Source: an uncultured virus (IMG/VR IMGVR_UViG_3300020526_000001) (taxonomy: Duplodnaviria; Heunggongvirae; Uroviricota; Caudoviricetes). Taken from it: a stretch of 64,000 bases of DNA. This document shows, in pieces, positions 20,498 to 31,045 of this stretch. Location of the stretch: IMG/VR virus record IMGVR_UViG_3300020526_000001, one strand, 5' to 3'. The notes beneath the pieces are model-generated. The model saw only the letters and a program-made list of their open reading frames with translations, made no database searches and was not told where the DNA came from. Numbering within the stretch: position 1 is the first letter of the stretch; each line of letters starts with the position of its first letter. Made by a program: the position numbers and the translations under genes.

Positions 20498-20505
20498 TAT
20501 AAATA
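20498..20505 (+). promoter_or_regulatory. Late promoter TATAAATA
   Basis: Exact consensus upstream of g18. Confidence 0.75.
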
Positions 20506-20541
20506 TTATTAGACAAAATAGACTTCTTCAGAGGTAAACAG

Positions 20542-22983
20542 ATGGCGGTAAATTTAGTATCCCCTGGGGTAAATGTGAGAGAAGTTGACTTGACTGTTGG
20601 TGGCATTACCCAAGCTGCTCAGCAAGTCGGTGCATTTTGTGGCCCATTCGAAAAAGGTCCAGTAAATCAACCCGTATTAGTAGAAACAGAACAAGATTTA
20701 TTAAAGTACTTCGGGAAACCACAAACTGCGGATGGTCAGAACGAGTACTGGTTAACAGCATCAGCATATTTGTCATATGGTGGCGTTTTAAGAGTTGTTA
20801 GAACAAATTCATCTTCTGCTACTCTTCTCAACACAGCATATGTCGGTGTTGCAGGAACAGTAAGTAATTTTAGAATTGAGAACAAAGAAGATTATTTAAC
20901 TAATCACACTGATGATACTGATTGGTATTTTGCAGCAAAAGAACCAGGAAGTTGGGCAAATAATTTAAAGGTTTGCATGATCGATAATGCTGCTGACCAA
21001 ATAATCAGTGGTATTAATACTCAGTTTTCAACTATAACTGGATTAGCAACTGCATTTTCAGTTGCTAATGCAACAATAGGAATCAATACCACAATAATTT
21101 CTGGCATCAATACTTCTGGAATTACATTAGAAACTCTTGTTCAGACTGACAATACAGCAAATGGAGTTGCAGCAAGAACTGCAATTATCAGTGTCAGTGG
21201 AGCTAATGGTGGAACAATCGTTCTTGAAACTCCAACAACCAACATTGGAGTAGTAACAACAACATTAAGATTTGGTTCACAAACATCTTTCCAAACAGCA
21301 AATCAAATTCAAGTAGGATATGCTGTTACCCAAAAATTAAACAAGACAGGAATAGAAGGAAGCAATGTTGTAACTTATGATGGATTCATCAGAGGATTAG
21401 TAACAGAGGTAGGAACAGGTCAAATAAGTATTAGAGTAACAGATAGAGTTGATTCTTCTGGTGTATCTACACCAATAGACTACAAGAATCCAGGATCAAG
21501 CACTGGATTGAATGCATCATCATTTGATACTTTTAGTACAGATGCTTTCTATGTTTCTCCATCTGGTGGATCACCAGTTGAATATAGCAATAGTAACTTT
21601 AATGTTTTAGATTGGTACGATCAGCAAACATTGGGACTCCAAAATAGTAATGTTTATTGGAAAAGTATTGCACCAAAACCAGGTACTTCACAGTTCGCAT
21701 CTGAAAGAAATTCAAAATATGATGAACTTCACGTTATTGTAGTTGATGATACTGGTTCAGTTACTGGAATTAGTGGAAATCTACTAGAAAAATTCATAGG
21801 AATTTCGAAAGCAACTGATAGTAGAATTTCCCCATCTGAGTCAATATATTATAAAACTTATATTGAAAATAAATCAAATTATATCTACTCTGGAGTAGAT
21901 CATACTGGAACTTCGTCAAATATAGTTGCACAAAGTGGAAGCACTACAGTATTCGCTCTCGTCACTGGAAGTTGGTCAACTGAGTCTCAAAACAAAGTAT
22001 TTAATACTGTTGGCAAAAAAACTTATTCATTAACTGGAGGAAATGACTATAGTGGAGTAAATAATATTGGTGGATATTCAATATCCAATGCCGACTTAAT
22101 CAATGCATATTCAGTTTTCCAAAATCCAGCAGAATACGAGATCAACTATTTAATTAGTGGACCATCAGCAGCATCATTATATGAATCTCAGGCAAAGGCA
22201 AATGCATTAATTGCAATTGCTGAATCAAGAAAGGATTGCGTTGTTGCTATTTCTCCTCATCGTGATGGTATTGTCAATGTTCCAGATGCCGAATCTCAAA
22301 CAAATAATATTATTGAATTTTTTGATCCATTAACATCTAGTTCTTATGCAATTTTTGATAGTGGATACAAGTACACATATGATAGATTTAATTCTAAGTT
22401 TGTGTATATTCCATGTAATGGAGATGTTGCAGGTCTAATGGCAAGAACAGCAATTCGCAATTATCCTTGGTATTCACCCGCAGGAAGTTCTAGAGGTGCA
22501 TTAAATAATGTGGTGAAGTTGGCATATAATCCAACCCAAGCACAACGTGATGCACTTTATACTAGAAGAATTAATCCTATTATTTCTTCTCCTGGTGCTG
22601 GATTTATTCTATTTGGAGATAAAACTGCTTTAGGATATTCTTCAGCATTTGATCGTATCAATGTCAGAAATCTGTTCTTAACAATTGAAAAGGCAATTGA
22701 AAGAGCAGCAAAAGCACAGCTCTTTGAATTTAATGATACCGTAACAAGAGCAAATTTCATAAACATTGTAGAACCATACTTACGTGATGTAAAAGGAAAG
22801 AGAGGAATTACTGATTTTATTGTGGTTGCTGATGAAACAAATAACACTCCTGATGTGATTGATTCTAATCAATTTAGAGCAGATATTTATATCAAACCAG
22901 CAAGATCCATCAACTTTATTGGTCTTAATTTTATTGCTACTCGCACTGGAGTCAGCTTCTCTGAAGTAATCGGAACCGTTTAA
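20542..22983 (+). CDS. g18: Tail sheath protein gp18
   Basis: SPGV..RE.DLT, PW.SPAG, FDRINVR.LF, KPARSINFI. Confidence 0.96.
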   Translation: MAVNLVSPGVNVREVDLTVGGITQAAQQVGAFCGPFEKGPVNQPVLVETEQDLLKYFGKPQTADGQNEYWLTASAYLSYGGVLRVVRTNSSSATLLNTAYVGVAGTVSNFRIENKEDYLTNHTDDTDWYFAAKEPGSWANNLKVCMIDNAADQIISGINTQFSTITGLATAFSVANATIGINTTIISGINTSGITLETLVQTDNTANGVAARTAIISVSGANGGTIVLETPTTNIGVVTTTLRFGSQTSFQTANQIQVGYAVTQKLNKTGIEGSNVVTYDGFIRGLVTEVGTGQISIRVTDRVDSSGVSTPIDYKNPGSSTGLNASSFDTFSTDAFYVSPSGGSPVEYSNSNFNVLDWYDQQTLGLQNSNVYWKSIAPKPGTSQFASERNSKYDELHVIVVDDTGSVTGISGNLLEKFIGISKATDSRISPSESIYYKTYIENKSNYIYSGVDHTGTSSNIVAQSGSTTVFALVTGSWSTESQNKVFNTVGKKTYSLTGGNDYSGVNNIGGYSISNADLINAYSVFQNPAEYEINYLISGPSAASLYESQAKANALIAIAESRKDCVVAISPHRDGIVNVPDAESQTNNIIEFFDPLTSSSYAIFDSGYKYTYDRFNSKFVYIPCNGDVAGLMARTAIRNYPWYSPAGSSRGALNNVVKLAYNPTQAQRDALYTRRINPIISSPGAGFILFGDKTALGYSSAFDRINVRNLFLTIEKAIERAAKAQLFEFNDTVTRANFINIVEPYLRDVKGKRGITDFIVVADETNNTPDVIDSNQFRADIYIKPARSINFIGLNFIATRTGVSFSEVIGTV

Positions 22984-23002
22984 TTTTTAGAGGTAACCAC
23001 AA

Positions 23003-23629
23003 ATGGCAAACACACCCGAATATTCAAATAGAACTTTAGATACATTTAAATCGAAATTAGTAGGTGGTGGTGCAAGACCAAACCTCTTTGAATGCGAAAT
23101 TGCATTTCCAGATGGTTTAGGCATTACTGCAGATGAAGACTACAATTTTATGATAAAAGCAGCAAGTCTTCCTGCTTCTAACATTAATGTAATTAATGTT
23201 CCATTTAGGGGAAGAAATCTTAAAGTTGCTGGAGATAGAACATTCGATCCTTGGTCGATAACTGTCATCAATGACACCAACTTTAAGATTAGAAATGCTT
23301 TTGAGCAGTGGATGAATTTCATCAATCGTCATGATGATAATGCGGGGGTCATTACTCCTGCCGCATATCAAGTTAATATGAAAGTATTCCAGTTAGGTAG
23401 AGGCAATACTGCCGATGCAACTAGAGGAACATTACCAGGACGTTCAGAACAAATTCCAGTTCTTAAGGCATATAAGTTTTATGGTGTATTCCCAACAGCA
23501 GTAAGTTCAATTGAACTTTCTTATGATAATGCAGACGCAATTGAAGAGTTCAGCGTGGATTTACAAGTTCAATGGTGGGATGCTGCTGATTCAGGAAATA
23601 ATTCCATTCTTGGTGTGGAGAATTTCTGA
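23003..23629 (+). CDS. g19: Tail tube protein gp19
   Basis: GGARPNLF, FRGR.LK.AGDRTF..W..T..ND. Confidence 0.95.
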   Translation: MANTPEYSNRTLDTFKSKLVGGGARPNLFECEIAFPDGLGITADEDYNFMIKAASLPASNINVINVPFRGRNLKVAGDRTFDPWSITVINDTNFKIRNAFEQWMNFINRHDDNAGVITPAAYQVNMKVFQLGRGNTADATRGTLPGRSEQIPVLKAYKFYGVFPTAVSSIELSYDNADAIEEFSVDLQVQWWDAADSGNNSILGVENF

Positions 23630-23634
23630 TACAT

Positions 23635-23642
23635 TATAAATA
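23635..23642 (+). promoter_or_regulatory. Late promoter TATAAATA
   Basis: Exact consensus upstream of g20. Confidence 0.75.
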
Positions 23643-23669
23643 CTAGAAATAGTTTTTTAATATATTATA

Positions 23670-25349
23670 ATGCCAAGATTATTTGGATTTAAAATTGAGG
23701 AACCGGAAGACAAATCTTCAAAGATTGTCTCTCCGGTTCCTCCTAATGATGAGGACAAATCAGATTTTTATCTGTCCAGTGGATTTTATGGTCAATACGT
23801 AGATATTGAAGGAGTATATAAATCCGAGGGAGATTTAGTAAGAAGATATAGAGAAATGGCACTTCATCCAGAAGTTGATAGTGCCATTGAAGATGTTGTA
23901 AATGAAGCAATCGTTTCAGATTCTGATGATTCACCTTTGCAAATAGATTTATCAAACTTACCAGCTAGCGATAAATTAAAAGATAAAATCAGAGAAGAAT
24001 TTAAGTACATTAAAGAAATAATGGACTTCGACAAGAAGTGCCATGAAATTTTTAGGAATTGGTATATTGATGGAAGAATCTTTTATCATAAAGTAATTGA
24101 TATAAACAAACCCCAAGATGGAATTAAGGAAATAAGATATATTGATCCACTAAAAATAAGACACATAAGAAGATTAAAGAAAGACCAAAAGGATTTAAGA
24201 TCTGCATTGAGTAAAATCAATTCCGATTCAAATGTAATTGATTTTAACCCACCAGAAATTGAAGAGTTTTATTTGTATAATCCAAATCAACTCTCTTCAA
24301 TGACTGCAACCTCTGGTTCCAATTTCAAATCCGAGGCAAGGCAAGTAAGAATTGCTCCAGATTCAATTGCCTATATTACTTCTGGACTGGTAGATAGAAA
24401 TAAGCAGACAGTTCTATCACATCTACACAAAGCAATCAAGGCACTCAATCAACTTAGAATGATTGAGGATTCTTTAGTAATCTATCGTTTGTCTCGTGCC
24501 CCAGAACGCAGAATTTTTTACATTGATGTAGGAAATCTACCAAAGATTAAAGCAGAGCAATACCTTCGTGATGTGATGAATCGTTATCGCAACAAGTTGG
24601 TATATGATGCCAACACTGGTGAGATTCGTGATGACCGAAAGTATATGGCAATGCTTGAGGATTTCTGGTTACCTCGTCGTGAAGGTGGCAGAGGAACAGA
24701 AATTACAACTCTTCCTGGTGGTCAGAATCTTGGGGAACTTGCAGATATTGAATATTTCCAGAAAAAACTTTATCGTTCTTTGAATGTTCCAGAAACTAGA
24801 CTTAATTCTAGTGGTGGATTCAGTTTGGGTCGTTCTTCAGAAATTCTTAGAGATGAAGTTAAATTTACTAAGTTTGTCGGAAGATTAAGGAAAAGATTCT
24901 CAAATCTTTTCAATGATATGCTGAAGACTCAACTTATCTTAAAAAATATTGTATCTATAGAAGATTGGAATGCTCTTTCCGATCACATTCAATATGATTA
25001 TCTTTATGACAATCATTTTTCAGAATTAAAAGATACAGAATTATTAAATGATAAACTTGCTTCAGTTGCAGCAATGGAACCATATATTGGAAAGTATTTC
25101 TCATTAGAGTATGTTCGTTCCAAGATTCTTAAGCAGAATGATGGTGAAATCAAGGAAATCAACAAGCAGATTGAAAAAGAAATTAAAGCAGGATTAATCG
25201 TTGACCCCAAACTTGTTGTTTCTCAACAACAAGCATCGATGCAACCAATAGACCAAGGAATGGATATGGGTCAGGGTCAATCTCCAGAGCAACAATCTGG
25301 TGCTGCAATGGGAGAACCAGTAATGGAACCCCAAGCAGGGGAAATATAA
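23670..25349 (+). CDS. g20: Portal protein gp20
   Basis: RAPERRIFYIDVGNLPK, EDFWLPRREGGRGTEI. Confidence 0.97.
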   Translation: MPRLFGFKIEEPEDKSSKIVSPVPPNDEDKSDFYLSSGFYGQYVDIEGVYKSEGDLVRRYREMALHPEVDSAIEDVVNEAIVSDSDDSPLQIDLSNLPASDKLKDKIREEFKYIKEIMDFDKKCHEIFRNWYIDGRIFYHKVIDINKPQDGIKEIRYIDPLKIRHIRRLKKDQKDLRSALSKINSDSNVIDFNPPEIEEFYLYNPNQLSSMTATSGSNFKSEARQVRIAPDSIAYITSGLVDRNKQTVLSHLHKAIKALNQLRMIEDSLVIYRLSRAPERRIFYIDVGNLPKIKAEQYLRDVMNRYRNKLVYDANTGEIRDDRKYMAMLEDFWLPRREGGRGTEITTLPGGQNLGELADIEYFQKKLYRSLNVPETRLNSSGGFSLGRSSEILRDEVKFTKFVGRLRKRFSNLFNDMLKTQLILKNIVSIEDWNALSDHIQYDYLYDNHFSELKDTELLNDKLASVAAMEPYIGKYFSLEYVRSKILKQNDGEIKEINKQIEKEIKAGLIVDPKLVVSQQQASMQPIDQGMDMGQGQSPEQQSGAAMGEPVMEPQAGEI

Positions 25350-25379
25350 ATAAAAATAGTTATCTAAATTAATTGAATC

Positions 25380-25544
25380 ATGGAAGAACTACTTACAATG
25401 TTTGCAAATGATGAATCTCCAGCAGAAATTAGTGATGCAATCAAGGCAATGCTCTTCACCAAATCTGCAGAAAGAATTGAAGCAGTAAAGCCTTATGTTT
25501 CTGCTTCAATGTTCGGACTGGACGATTCATCCGAAGAGGAGTGA
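25380..25544 (+). CDS. g67: Prohead core protein gp67-like (missing from ORF track)
   Basis: 54-aa acidic helical ORF MEELLTMF...ASMFGLDDSSEEE right after g20, preceded by TATAAATA at 25345. Confidence 0.65.
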   Translation: MEELLTMFANDESPAEISDAIKAMLFTKSAERIEAVKPYVSASMFGLDDSSEEE

Positions 25545-25553
25545 GTTATTAAA

Positions 25554-25868
25554 ATGAAATCATACAGACAATTTATTTCCGAATCTATTAATATTGCTGG
25601 TGATTTCAATGGAAATCTTTACATCAACGGTTCTGAAAATCAATCAGAACCAGTTGGTGAATCATTTCTTGCAGATGTAGTTTGGGAAGGAAAACTATAT
25701 CGAATGGAAGTAGAAGGAAAGATGTTAGATAAAAATAAATTAGCAGAACAACTTCAGGGAGAATATCCAGGAGCAATTGTTCATAACATTTATCCAATAA
25801 CAGAAAATTCTTTAAAAGTAAGAAAAGCACAAAGATATCAACCAGAAAGACTAACTTGGACTGATTAA
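25554..25868 (+). CDS. Hypothetical protein, putative head-internal protein
   Basis: CTS-like start MKSYRQFISE; W.GK...YPGAIV module shared with the 17236 ORF. Confidence 0.55.
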   Translation: MKSYRQFISESINIAGDFNGNLYINGSENQSEPVGESFLADVVWEGKLYRMEVEGKMLDKNKLAEQLQGEYPGAIVHNIYPITENSLKVRKAQRYQPERLTWTD

Positions 25869-25870
25869 TA

Positions 25871-27301
25871 ATGGCACAGTGGAATAAGAACACACAAGAT
25901 TATCTAAATCAAGAAAGAACTTTATTTGAGGTTTTTAATGTAGCAACTAGTGATGGTGTTCAAGTTAGTACTACAAATCCATTCCCGGTTACTGGAACTG
26001 TAGGCATTTCATCGGAAACTCTAATAACAATTAATCCAGATACAAATGCTGTTGATGCATTTGGTAGAGGTAGAGTTTCTGAACCATTTACCCTTGGTGA
26101 TTATAAGCACCTATATGCTATTGACCCAAACTTTTTAGATAGTGTTTCTGGTGCAGGTTCAACAGTAACATTTTTAATCAATCAGGCTTGTGCTAGATTA
26201 CAAACTGGTATTGGAACAACAGCATTTAGTGTTCACCAAACAAAGTTTTATCATCACTATCAACCAGGAAAAGGACAACTAATTTTTAGTTCCTTTAACT
26301 TTTATGCACCTCAACGGAATGCAACTAAAAGAACTGGATACTTTGATGATAGAGATGGAATTTATTTTGAGCAGGTTGGACTCAATACTTCTGATGGGAT
26401 AAATTCGAGTATTGGAACAAACAATTGGGTAATTAGATCTTTTGTAAGTGGCATAGCAACAGAAACTAGAATCCCACAATCACAATGGAACAGAGACAAA
26501 TGTGATGGAACAGGCATTTCTGGATTTAATTTAGACATTACAAAAACTCAACTTGCATTTATAGATTTCCAGTGGTTAGGTGTTGGTAGAGTCCGTTGTG
26601 GTTTTGCTCATGATGGGCAACTTATAACCGCACACGAATTTTTCCATTCTAACAATAGTCCAACAGTTTATATTGCAAATCCAAACTTGCCAGTTCGTTG
26701 CGAACTGAGAAATACAGGTGTAGGTATTGGAGCATCATTTGACCAGATTTGCTCTTCTGTAATGTCGGAAGGTGGGTATGTGGAAAGTGGTATTGACTTT
26801 GCTTATACAATGCTTACCACAAGAACCACACCAACACCAGCAGGAACAGAACTTCCTTTGGTTGCCATTCGTCTAAAAAATAGTTTCCAAGGATATCCAA
26901 ATAGAATATCGGTTAAATTAAATAATATTTCATTATTTTGTGAGACCAATAGCATTGTATATAAAGTTATAAAACTTCCAAGTTCTGCTTATTTGGGTAA
27001 TGCAGGAACTTTAACTTGGACATCTGCTTCTGTTAATAGTGGTGTTGAAGTTTGTGTGAATGCAACAACTTACGATAATGGTGATGTCTTTGCATCAGGT
27101 TATGTTCCTTCGGGATCATCACAAAACTCACTTTCACCAGTTGCTTCTGGAACATTAAGTCAGGCAAAGAAAAATATTATTGTTCAAAATATAAATTCCA
27201 CAGATTCTGAAATTTATGTGCTTGTTGCAAGAACTATCACTACCACAGGTAACGCAGTTGCTTCTGTTGCTGCTGCTCTTCAATGGAGAGAGATTTATTA
27301 A
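25871..27301 (+). CDS. Putative virion structural protein
   Basis: DAFGR.RVS.P.TL, Y.PGK and W.GVG.VR motifs; beta-rich; lies in the head cluster. Confidence 0.55.
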   Translation: MAQWNKNTQDYLNQERTLFEVFNVATSDGVQVSTTNPFPVTGTVGISSETLITINPDTNAVDAFGRGRVSEPFTLGDYKHLYAIDPNFLDSVSGAGSTVTFLINQACARLQTGIGTTAFSVHQTKFYHHYQPGKGQLIFSSFNFYAPQRNATKRTGYFDDRDGIYFEQVGLNTSDGINSSIGTNNWVIRSFVSGIATETRIPQSQWNRDKCDGTGISGFNLDITKTQLAFIDFQWLGVGRVRCGFAHDGQLITAHEFFHSNNSPTVYIANPNLPVRCELRNTGVGIGASFDQICSSVMSEGGYVESGIDFAYTMLTTRTTPTPAGTELPLVAIRLKNSFQGYPNRISVKLNNISLFCETNSIVYKVIKLPSSAYLGNAGTLTWTSASVNSGVEVCVNATTYDNGDVFASGYVPSGSSQNSLSPVASGTLSQAKKNIIVQNINSTDSEIYVLVARTITTTGNAVASVAAALQWREIY

Positions 27302-27336
27302 ATTAATAAATAACTAATAAAGTCTTTATTATACCA

Positions 27337-27606
27337 ATGCAAAGAACAAAAATAATTACTACTGAGATTGCAATGCCAACTACTGCTGGCACAGCATCTA
27401 GCATTAGTGAAGCAACTTGTGTGAGATTATATAACGGTTCTGGAGCAGCAGCAACTGTAAGTATTTCTACTGCAGTTGGTGCAGCAACAACATTATCATT
27501 TACAATGCCAACTGGAACTGTTGAATTCTTACAAAAACTTCCAACCGATGTGATTTTTGCATCAGCAAATACAGTAAAAGTAGCAAAAGTAGGATTTACC
27601 AACTAA
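27337..27606 (+). CDS. Small hypothetical (structural-like) protein
   Basis: A/T/S-rich ORF immediately upstream of g21. Confidence 0.55.
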   Translation: MQRTKIITTEIAMPTTAGTASSISEATCVRLYNGSGAAATVSISTAVGAATTLSFTMPTGTVEFLQKLPTDVIFASANTVKVAKVGFTN

Positions 27607-27611
27607 GAACA

Positions 27612-28262
27612 ATGAAACTAATCACAGAAGAAATCGAAAAGGTTAAAGTTATTACCGAAGAAAAGAACGGTAAAAAATCCCTTTTTATTGAAGGTATTTT
27701 CCTCCAAGCAGACCAACCAAATAGAAACAAGAGACTCTATGAAATGAGAACTCTTGAGAGAGAAGTTAAGAGATACAATGAAAACTTTATTCAGAAGGGT
27801 CGTGCTCTTGGTGAACTTGGACATCCTGATGGTCCTACTGTAAATCTCGATAGAGTTTCTCATAAAATTTGTGAACTCTATAGAGATGGAAGCAATTTTA
27901 TTGGAAAGGCAAAAATTCTTGAAACTCCGATGGGCAAGATTGCTTCATCTCTTCTCGGTGAAGGAGTAATGCTTGGTGTTTCTTCTCGTGGTGTTGGTTC
28001 ACTACTTCCAACAAATGAAGGTTATTCAGTTGTTGGGGAAGACTTTATGCTTGCAACTGCTGCTGATATTGTTGCAGATCCATCTGCTCCTGATGCTTTT
28101 GTTTCTGGAATTATGGAAGGAAAAGAGTGGGTGTGGGACGGAGGAATTCTCAGAGAGCAACTAGCACAGAAGACTTATAAGAGAATAAATACATTAGTTG
28201 ACCAAAAAGCACTTGATGAGCAGAAATTAAATCTGTTCAATGAATTTTTATCAAATCTTTAA
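27612..28262 (+). CDS. g21: Prohead protease gp21
   Basis: GELGHP, GVSSRG.GS, DIVADPSAPDA. Confidence 0.96.
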   Translation: MKLITEEIEKVKVITEEKNGKKSLFIEGIFLQADQPNRNKRLYEMRTLEREVKRYNENFIQKGRALGELGHPDGPTVNLDRVSHKICELYRDGSNFIGKAKILETPMGKIASSLLGEGVMLGVSSRGVGSLLPTNEGYSVVGEDFMLATAADIVADPSAPDAFVSGIMEGKEWVWDGGILREQLAQKTYKRINTLVDQKALDEQKLNLFNEFLSNL

Positions 28263-28264
28263 TT

Positions 28265-28272
28265 TATAAATA
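28265..28272 (+). promoter_or_regulatory. Late promoter TATAAATA
   Basis: Exact consensus upstream of g22. Confidence 0.75.
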
Positions 28273-28311
28273 AATATAGAATCACGATATAAGTAAAATC
28301 GGAGAGTTCAA

Positions 28312-29517
28312 ATGTCCCGTGGTAAAAATTTACAAGAAATGGAAACAGGCACTAAACAATCTAAAACTGCTGTGAATGCAAATGCTTCTGCAGCAGAACC
28401 AATGCACAAACTTGCACCCGGTGCAGTTGCTGGTCAAACTGGCAGCTGGGAAGACCTTGGTGGTCCTACTCCAGAAAACTACAAGTCTACTGATGACTCA
28501 GCAAAGCTGAAGACTCCAGGAGCAACTTTAGCACAAGTTAGAGATGTAGTTAACAAAGGTGCTAAATCCGCAGATCCTATGAAGTCAATGAAAGAGGACT
28601 CCGATGTTGATGAGGACGAAGAACTCTTAGAAGACGAGTATGAACTCGAAGAAGGTGAAGAAGAGCTAGAAGAAGCTGCTAAGAAATCTTCCAAAGAAGA
28701 AGATGATGAAGAAGATGAAGAGGAAGAAGATGAAGAGGAAGAAGATGAGGACGAAAAAGAGAAGGCAATGAAGGAAGCATTCATTGCTATTGAAAATGAG
28801 ATTGAAGAGGATGTAAATGCTCTTCTATCTGGTGAAGATCTTTCCGAAGATTTCAGAGACAGAGCAAAGACTGTCTTTGAGGCTGCTTTGAATGCTAGAA
28901 CTCAGCAAATCGAAGAAGCAATTTCACATCATTATGAGCAGAGACTTTTTGAAGAAGTCGAAGCAATTAAAGAAGAATTAACTGACAGAATTGATTCCTA
29001 CCTAGAGTATGTTGCTGACGAGTGGATTCAAGAGAATGCACTTGTAGTTGAGCAAGGAATCAAGACTGATATGACCGAATCATTCCTTGAAGGAATGAAG
29101 GGTCTTTTTGAAGAACATTATGTAACAATCCCTGAAGATAGATATGATGTGCTTGAGAGCATGGTAGATAAACTTGATGAAATGGAGACAAAACTCAACG
29201 AGCAAATCGAAAGAAATGTTGCTCTAAATAAGAGACTAGCAGAATCAGTAACTGACGTAATTTTTGCGGAAGTTTCTGAAGGACTTGCACTTTCACAGAA
29301 AGACAAGCTTGCTTCTCTTGCAGAAAATGTTGAGTTTGGTAGTGAAGAAGACTATCGTGAGAAACTAGTCGCATTGAGGGAATCTTATTTCCCATCTAAT
29401 GTAGTTACTCAGAGAAGCACTCAAGATTATATGGCTGAAGAGACCGATTACTCACAACCAGTTACTGGAACAATGGGTGCTTATCTTCAGGCACTTGAGA
29501 GAGTTTCCAAAAAGTGA
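28312..29517 (+). CDS. g22: Prohead scaffold protein gp22
   Basis: Acidic coiled coil, LSEDF...A.TVFEAA, YL.YVADEW; lies between g21 and g23. Confidence 0.93.
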   Translation: MSRGKNLQEMETGTKQSKTAVNANASAAEPMHKLAPGAVAGQTGSWEDLGGPTPENYKSTDDSAKLKTPGATLAQVRDVVNKGAKSADPMKSMKEDSDVDEDEELLEDEYELEEGEEELEEAAKKSSKEEDDEEDEEEEDEEEEDEDEKEKAMKEAFIAIENEIEEDVNALLSGEDLSEDFRDRAKTVFEAALNARTQQIEEAISHHYEQRLFEEVEAIKEELTDRIDSYLEYVADEWIQENALVVEQGIKTDMTESFLEGMKGLFEEHYVTIPEDRYDVLESMVDKLDEMETKLNEQIERNVALNKRLAESVTDVIFAEVSEGLALSQKDKLASLAENVEFGSEEDYREKLVALRESYFPSNVVTQRSTQDYMAEETDYSQPVTGTMGAYLQALERVSKK

Positions 29518-29571
29518 TTTTTATATCATAACAAAATCAAACTTACAATTTCCATAAAGAGGTAAACCAAA

Positions 29572-30963
29572 ATGCAAATGTTCAATGCAGAGCATCTGCA
29601 GGAGAAGTGGGCACCACTCCTAGACTATAATGGTCTAGGTGAAATCAGAGATTCCCACCGTAGAGCAGTTACTGCCGTCCTGCTAGAAAACCAAGAGAGA
29701 GCACTCCGTGAAGAGCGTGAGTTCCTCTATGAAACTCCAACCGTAAATACTGACCCATCAGGCACTGGTGCTGCTGGTTTCAGTGGTGGTGCATCGTCAC
29801 CTGTTGCAGGTTTCGACCCAGTTCTAATTTCACTCATTCGTCGTTCAATGCCTAACTTGGTCGCATATGACCTCGCAGGTGTTCAACCAATGAATGCACC
29901 AACTGGTCTTATCTTCGCAATGCGTTCGAAGTATGTCGATCAGAACGGTGCAGAAGCACTATTCAACGAAGCAGATACCGCATTCTCTGGTCAGAATGCT
30001 GGTTATGGCAATACTGCTGGTATGACCAATTCAGGTGCTGGATTCGGTTCTACTACACAAACAGGTTCAAACCCAGGTCTTCTTAACCCAACTGGATCCC
30101 CACTTGGAACCTACAATGTAGGTCAGGGTATGAGCACCTCTGAGTCAGAAGCACTTGATGGATCTGGTTCATCAGCATTCAACGAGATGGCATTCTCAAT
30201 TGAGAAAGTCACCGTTACTGCAAAGTCCAGAGCACTCAAGGCTGAGTACTCACTAGAGCTTGCACAAGACCTCAAGGCAATCCATGGTCTAAATGCTGAG
30301 GCTGAGTTAGCAAATATTCTCTCAACTGAGATTCTTGCTGAAATCAACCGTGAAGTTATCAGAACCATCTACAAGATTGCTGAGCAGGGTGCAAGCCTCA
30401 ATACCGCAACTTCAGGTGTATTTGACCTTGATGTTGACTCCAACGGTCGTTGGTCAGTTGAGAAGTTCAAGGGTCTTATCTTCCAAATCGAGCGTGATGC
30501 AAACCAGATTGCACAAAGAACTCGTAGAGGAAAGGGCAACATGATTCTCTGCTCCGCAGACGTTGCTTCAGCACTCACCCACGCAGGACTTCTTGACTAC
30601 ACCCCTGCACTCAATGCAAACCTCAACGTTGATGACACTGGCAACACCTTCGCAGGTGTTCTCAATGGTCGTTACAAGGTTTATATTGACCCATATGCAG
30701 CAAACAACAGTGCTAACCAGTACTACGTTGTTGGTTATAAGGGTTCTTCACCTTATGATGCAGGTCTCTTCTACTGCCCTTATGTACCTCTCCAGATGGT
30801 ACGTGCAGTTGGTGAGAACAGCTTCCAGCCAAAAATCGGATTTAAGACTCGTTATGGTATCGTTGCAAACCCATTTGCTGAAGGTACTAATGCTGGTCTT
30901 GGCCGTCTTGAGGCAAACAGCAACCGTTACTACAGAAGAGTACGTGTTGACAACCTAATGTGA
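29572..30963 (+). CDS. g23: Major capsid protein gp23
   Basis: GVQPM..PTGLIFAMR, KSRALKAEYS.ELAQDL, FQPKIGFKTRYG. Confidence 0.98.
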   Translation: MQMFNAEHLQEKWAPLLDYNGLGEIRDSHRRAVTAVLLENQERALREEREFLYETPTVNTDPSGTGAAGFSGGASSPVAGFDPVLISLIRRSMPNLVAYDLAGVQPMNAPTGLIFAMRSKYVDQNGAEALFNEADTAFSGQNAGYGNTAGMTNSGAGFGSTTQTGSNPGLLNPTGSPLGTYNVGQGMSTSESEALDGSGSSAFNEMAFSIEKVTVTAKSRALKAEYSLELAQDLKAIHGLNAEAELANILSTEILAEINREVIRTIYKIAEQGASLNTATSGVFDLDVDSNGRWSVEKFKGLIFQIERDANQIAQRTRRGKGNMILCSADVASALTHAGLLDYTPALNANLNVDDTGNTFAGVLNGRYKVYIDPYAANNSANQYYVVGYKGSSPYDAGLFYCPYVPLQMVRAVGENSFQPKIGFKTRYGIVANPFAEGTNAGLGRLEANSNRYYRRVRVDNLM

Positions 30964-30981
30964 TTCATCACTAAGGAAATT

Positions 30982-31008
30982 AAGGGGGTCTTCGGACCCT
31001 CTTTTTTT
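30982..31008 (+). terminator. Rho-independent terminator after g23
   Basis: AGGGGGTC-TTCG-GACCCTCT hairpin followed by a T run. Confidence 0.9.
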
Positions 31009-31045
31009 ATGCAAATAAATATTAATATAAATTGATATCTTGGGT

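Noticed and set aside
27303..27602. 99-aa minus-strand ORF
   Set aside because: It mirrors the plus-strand 27337 ORF, which fits the operon direction and has a promoter-like site.
28479..28784. Minus-strand poly-Ser ORF and GAA/GAT-rich repeat
   Set aside because: It is the antisense shadow of the acidic E/D tract in gp22.
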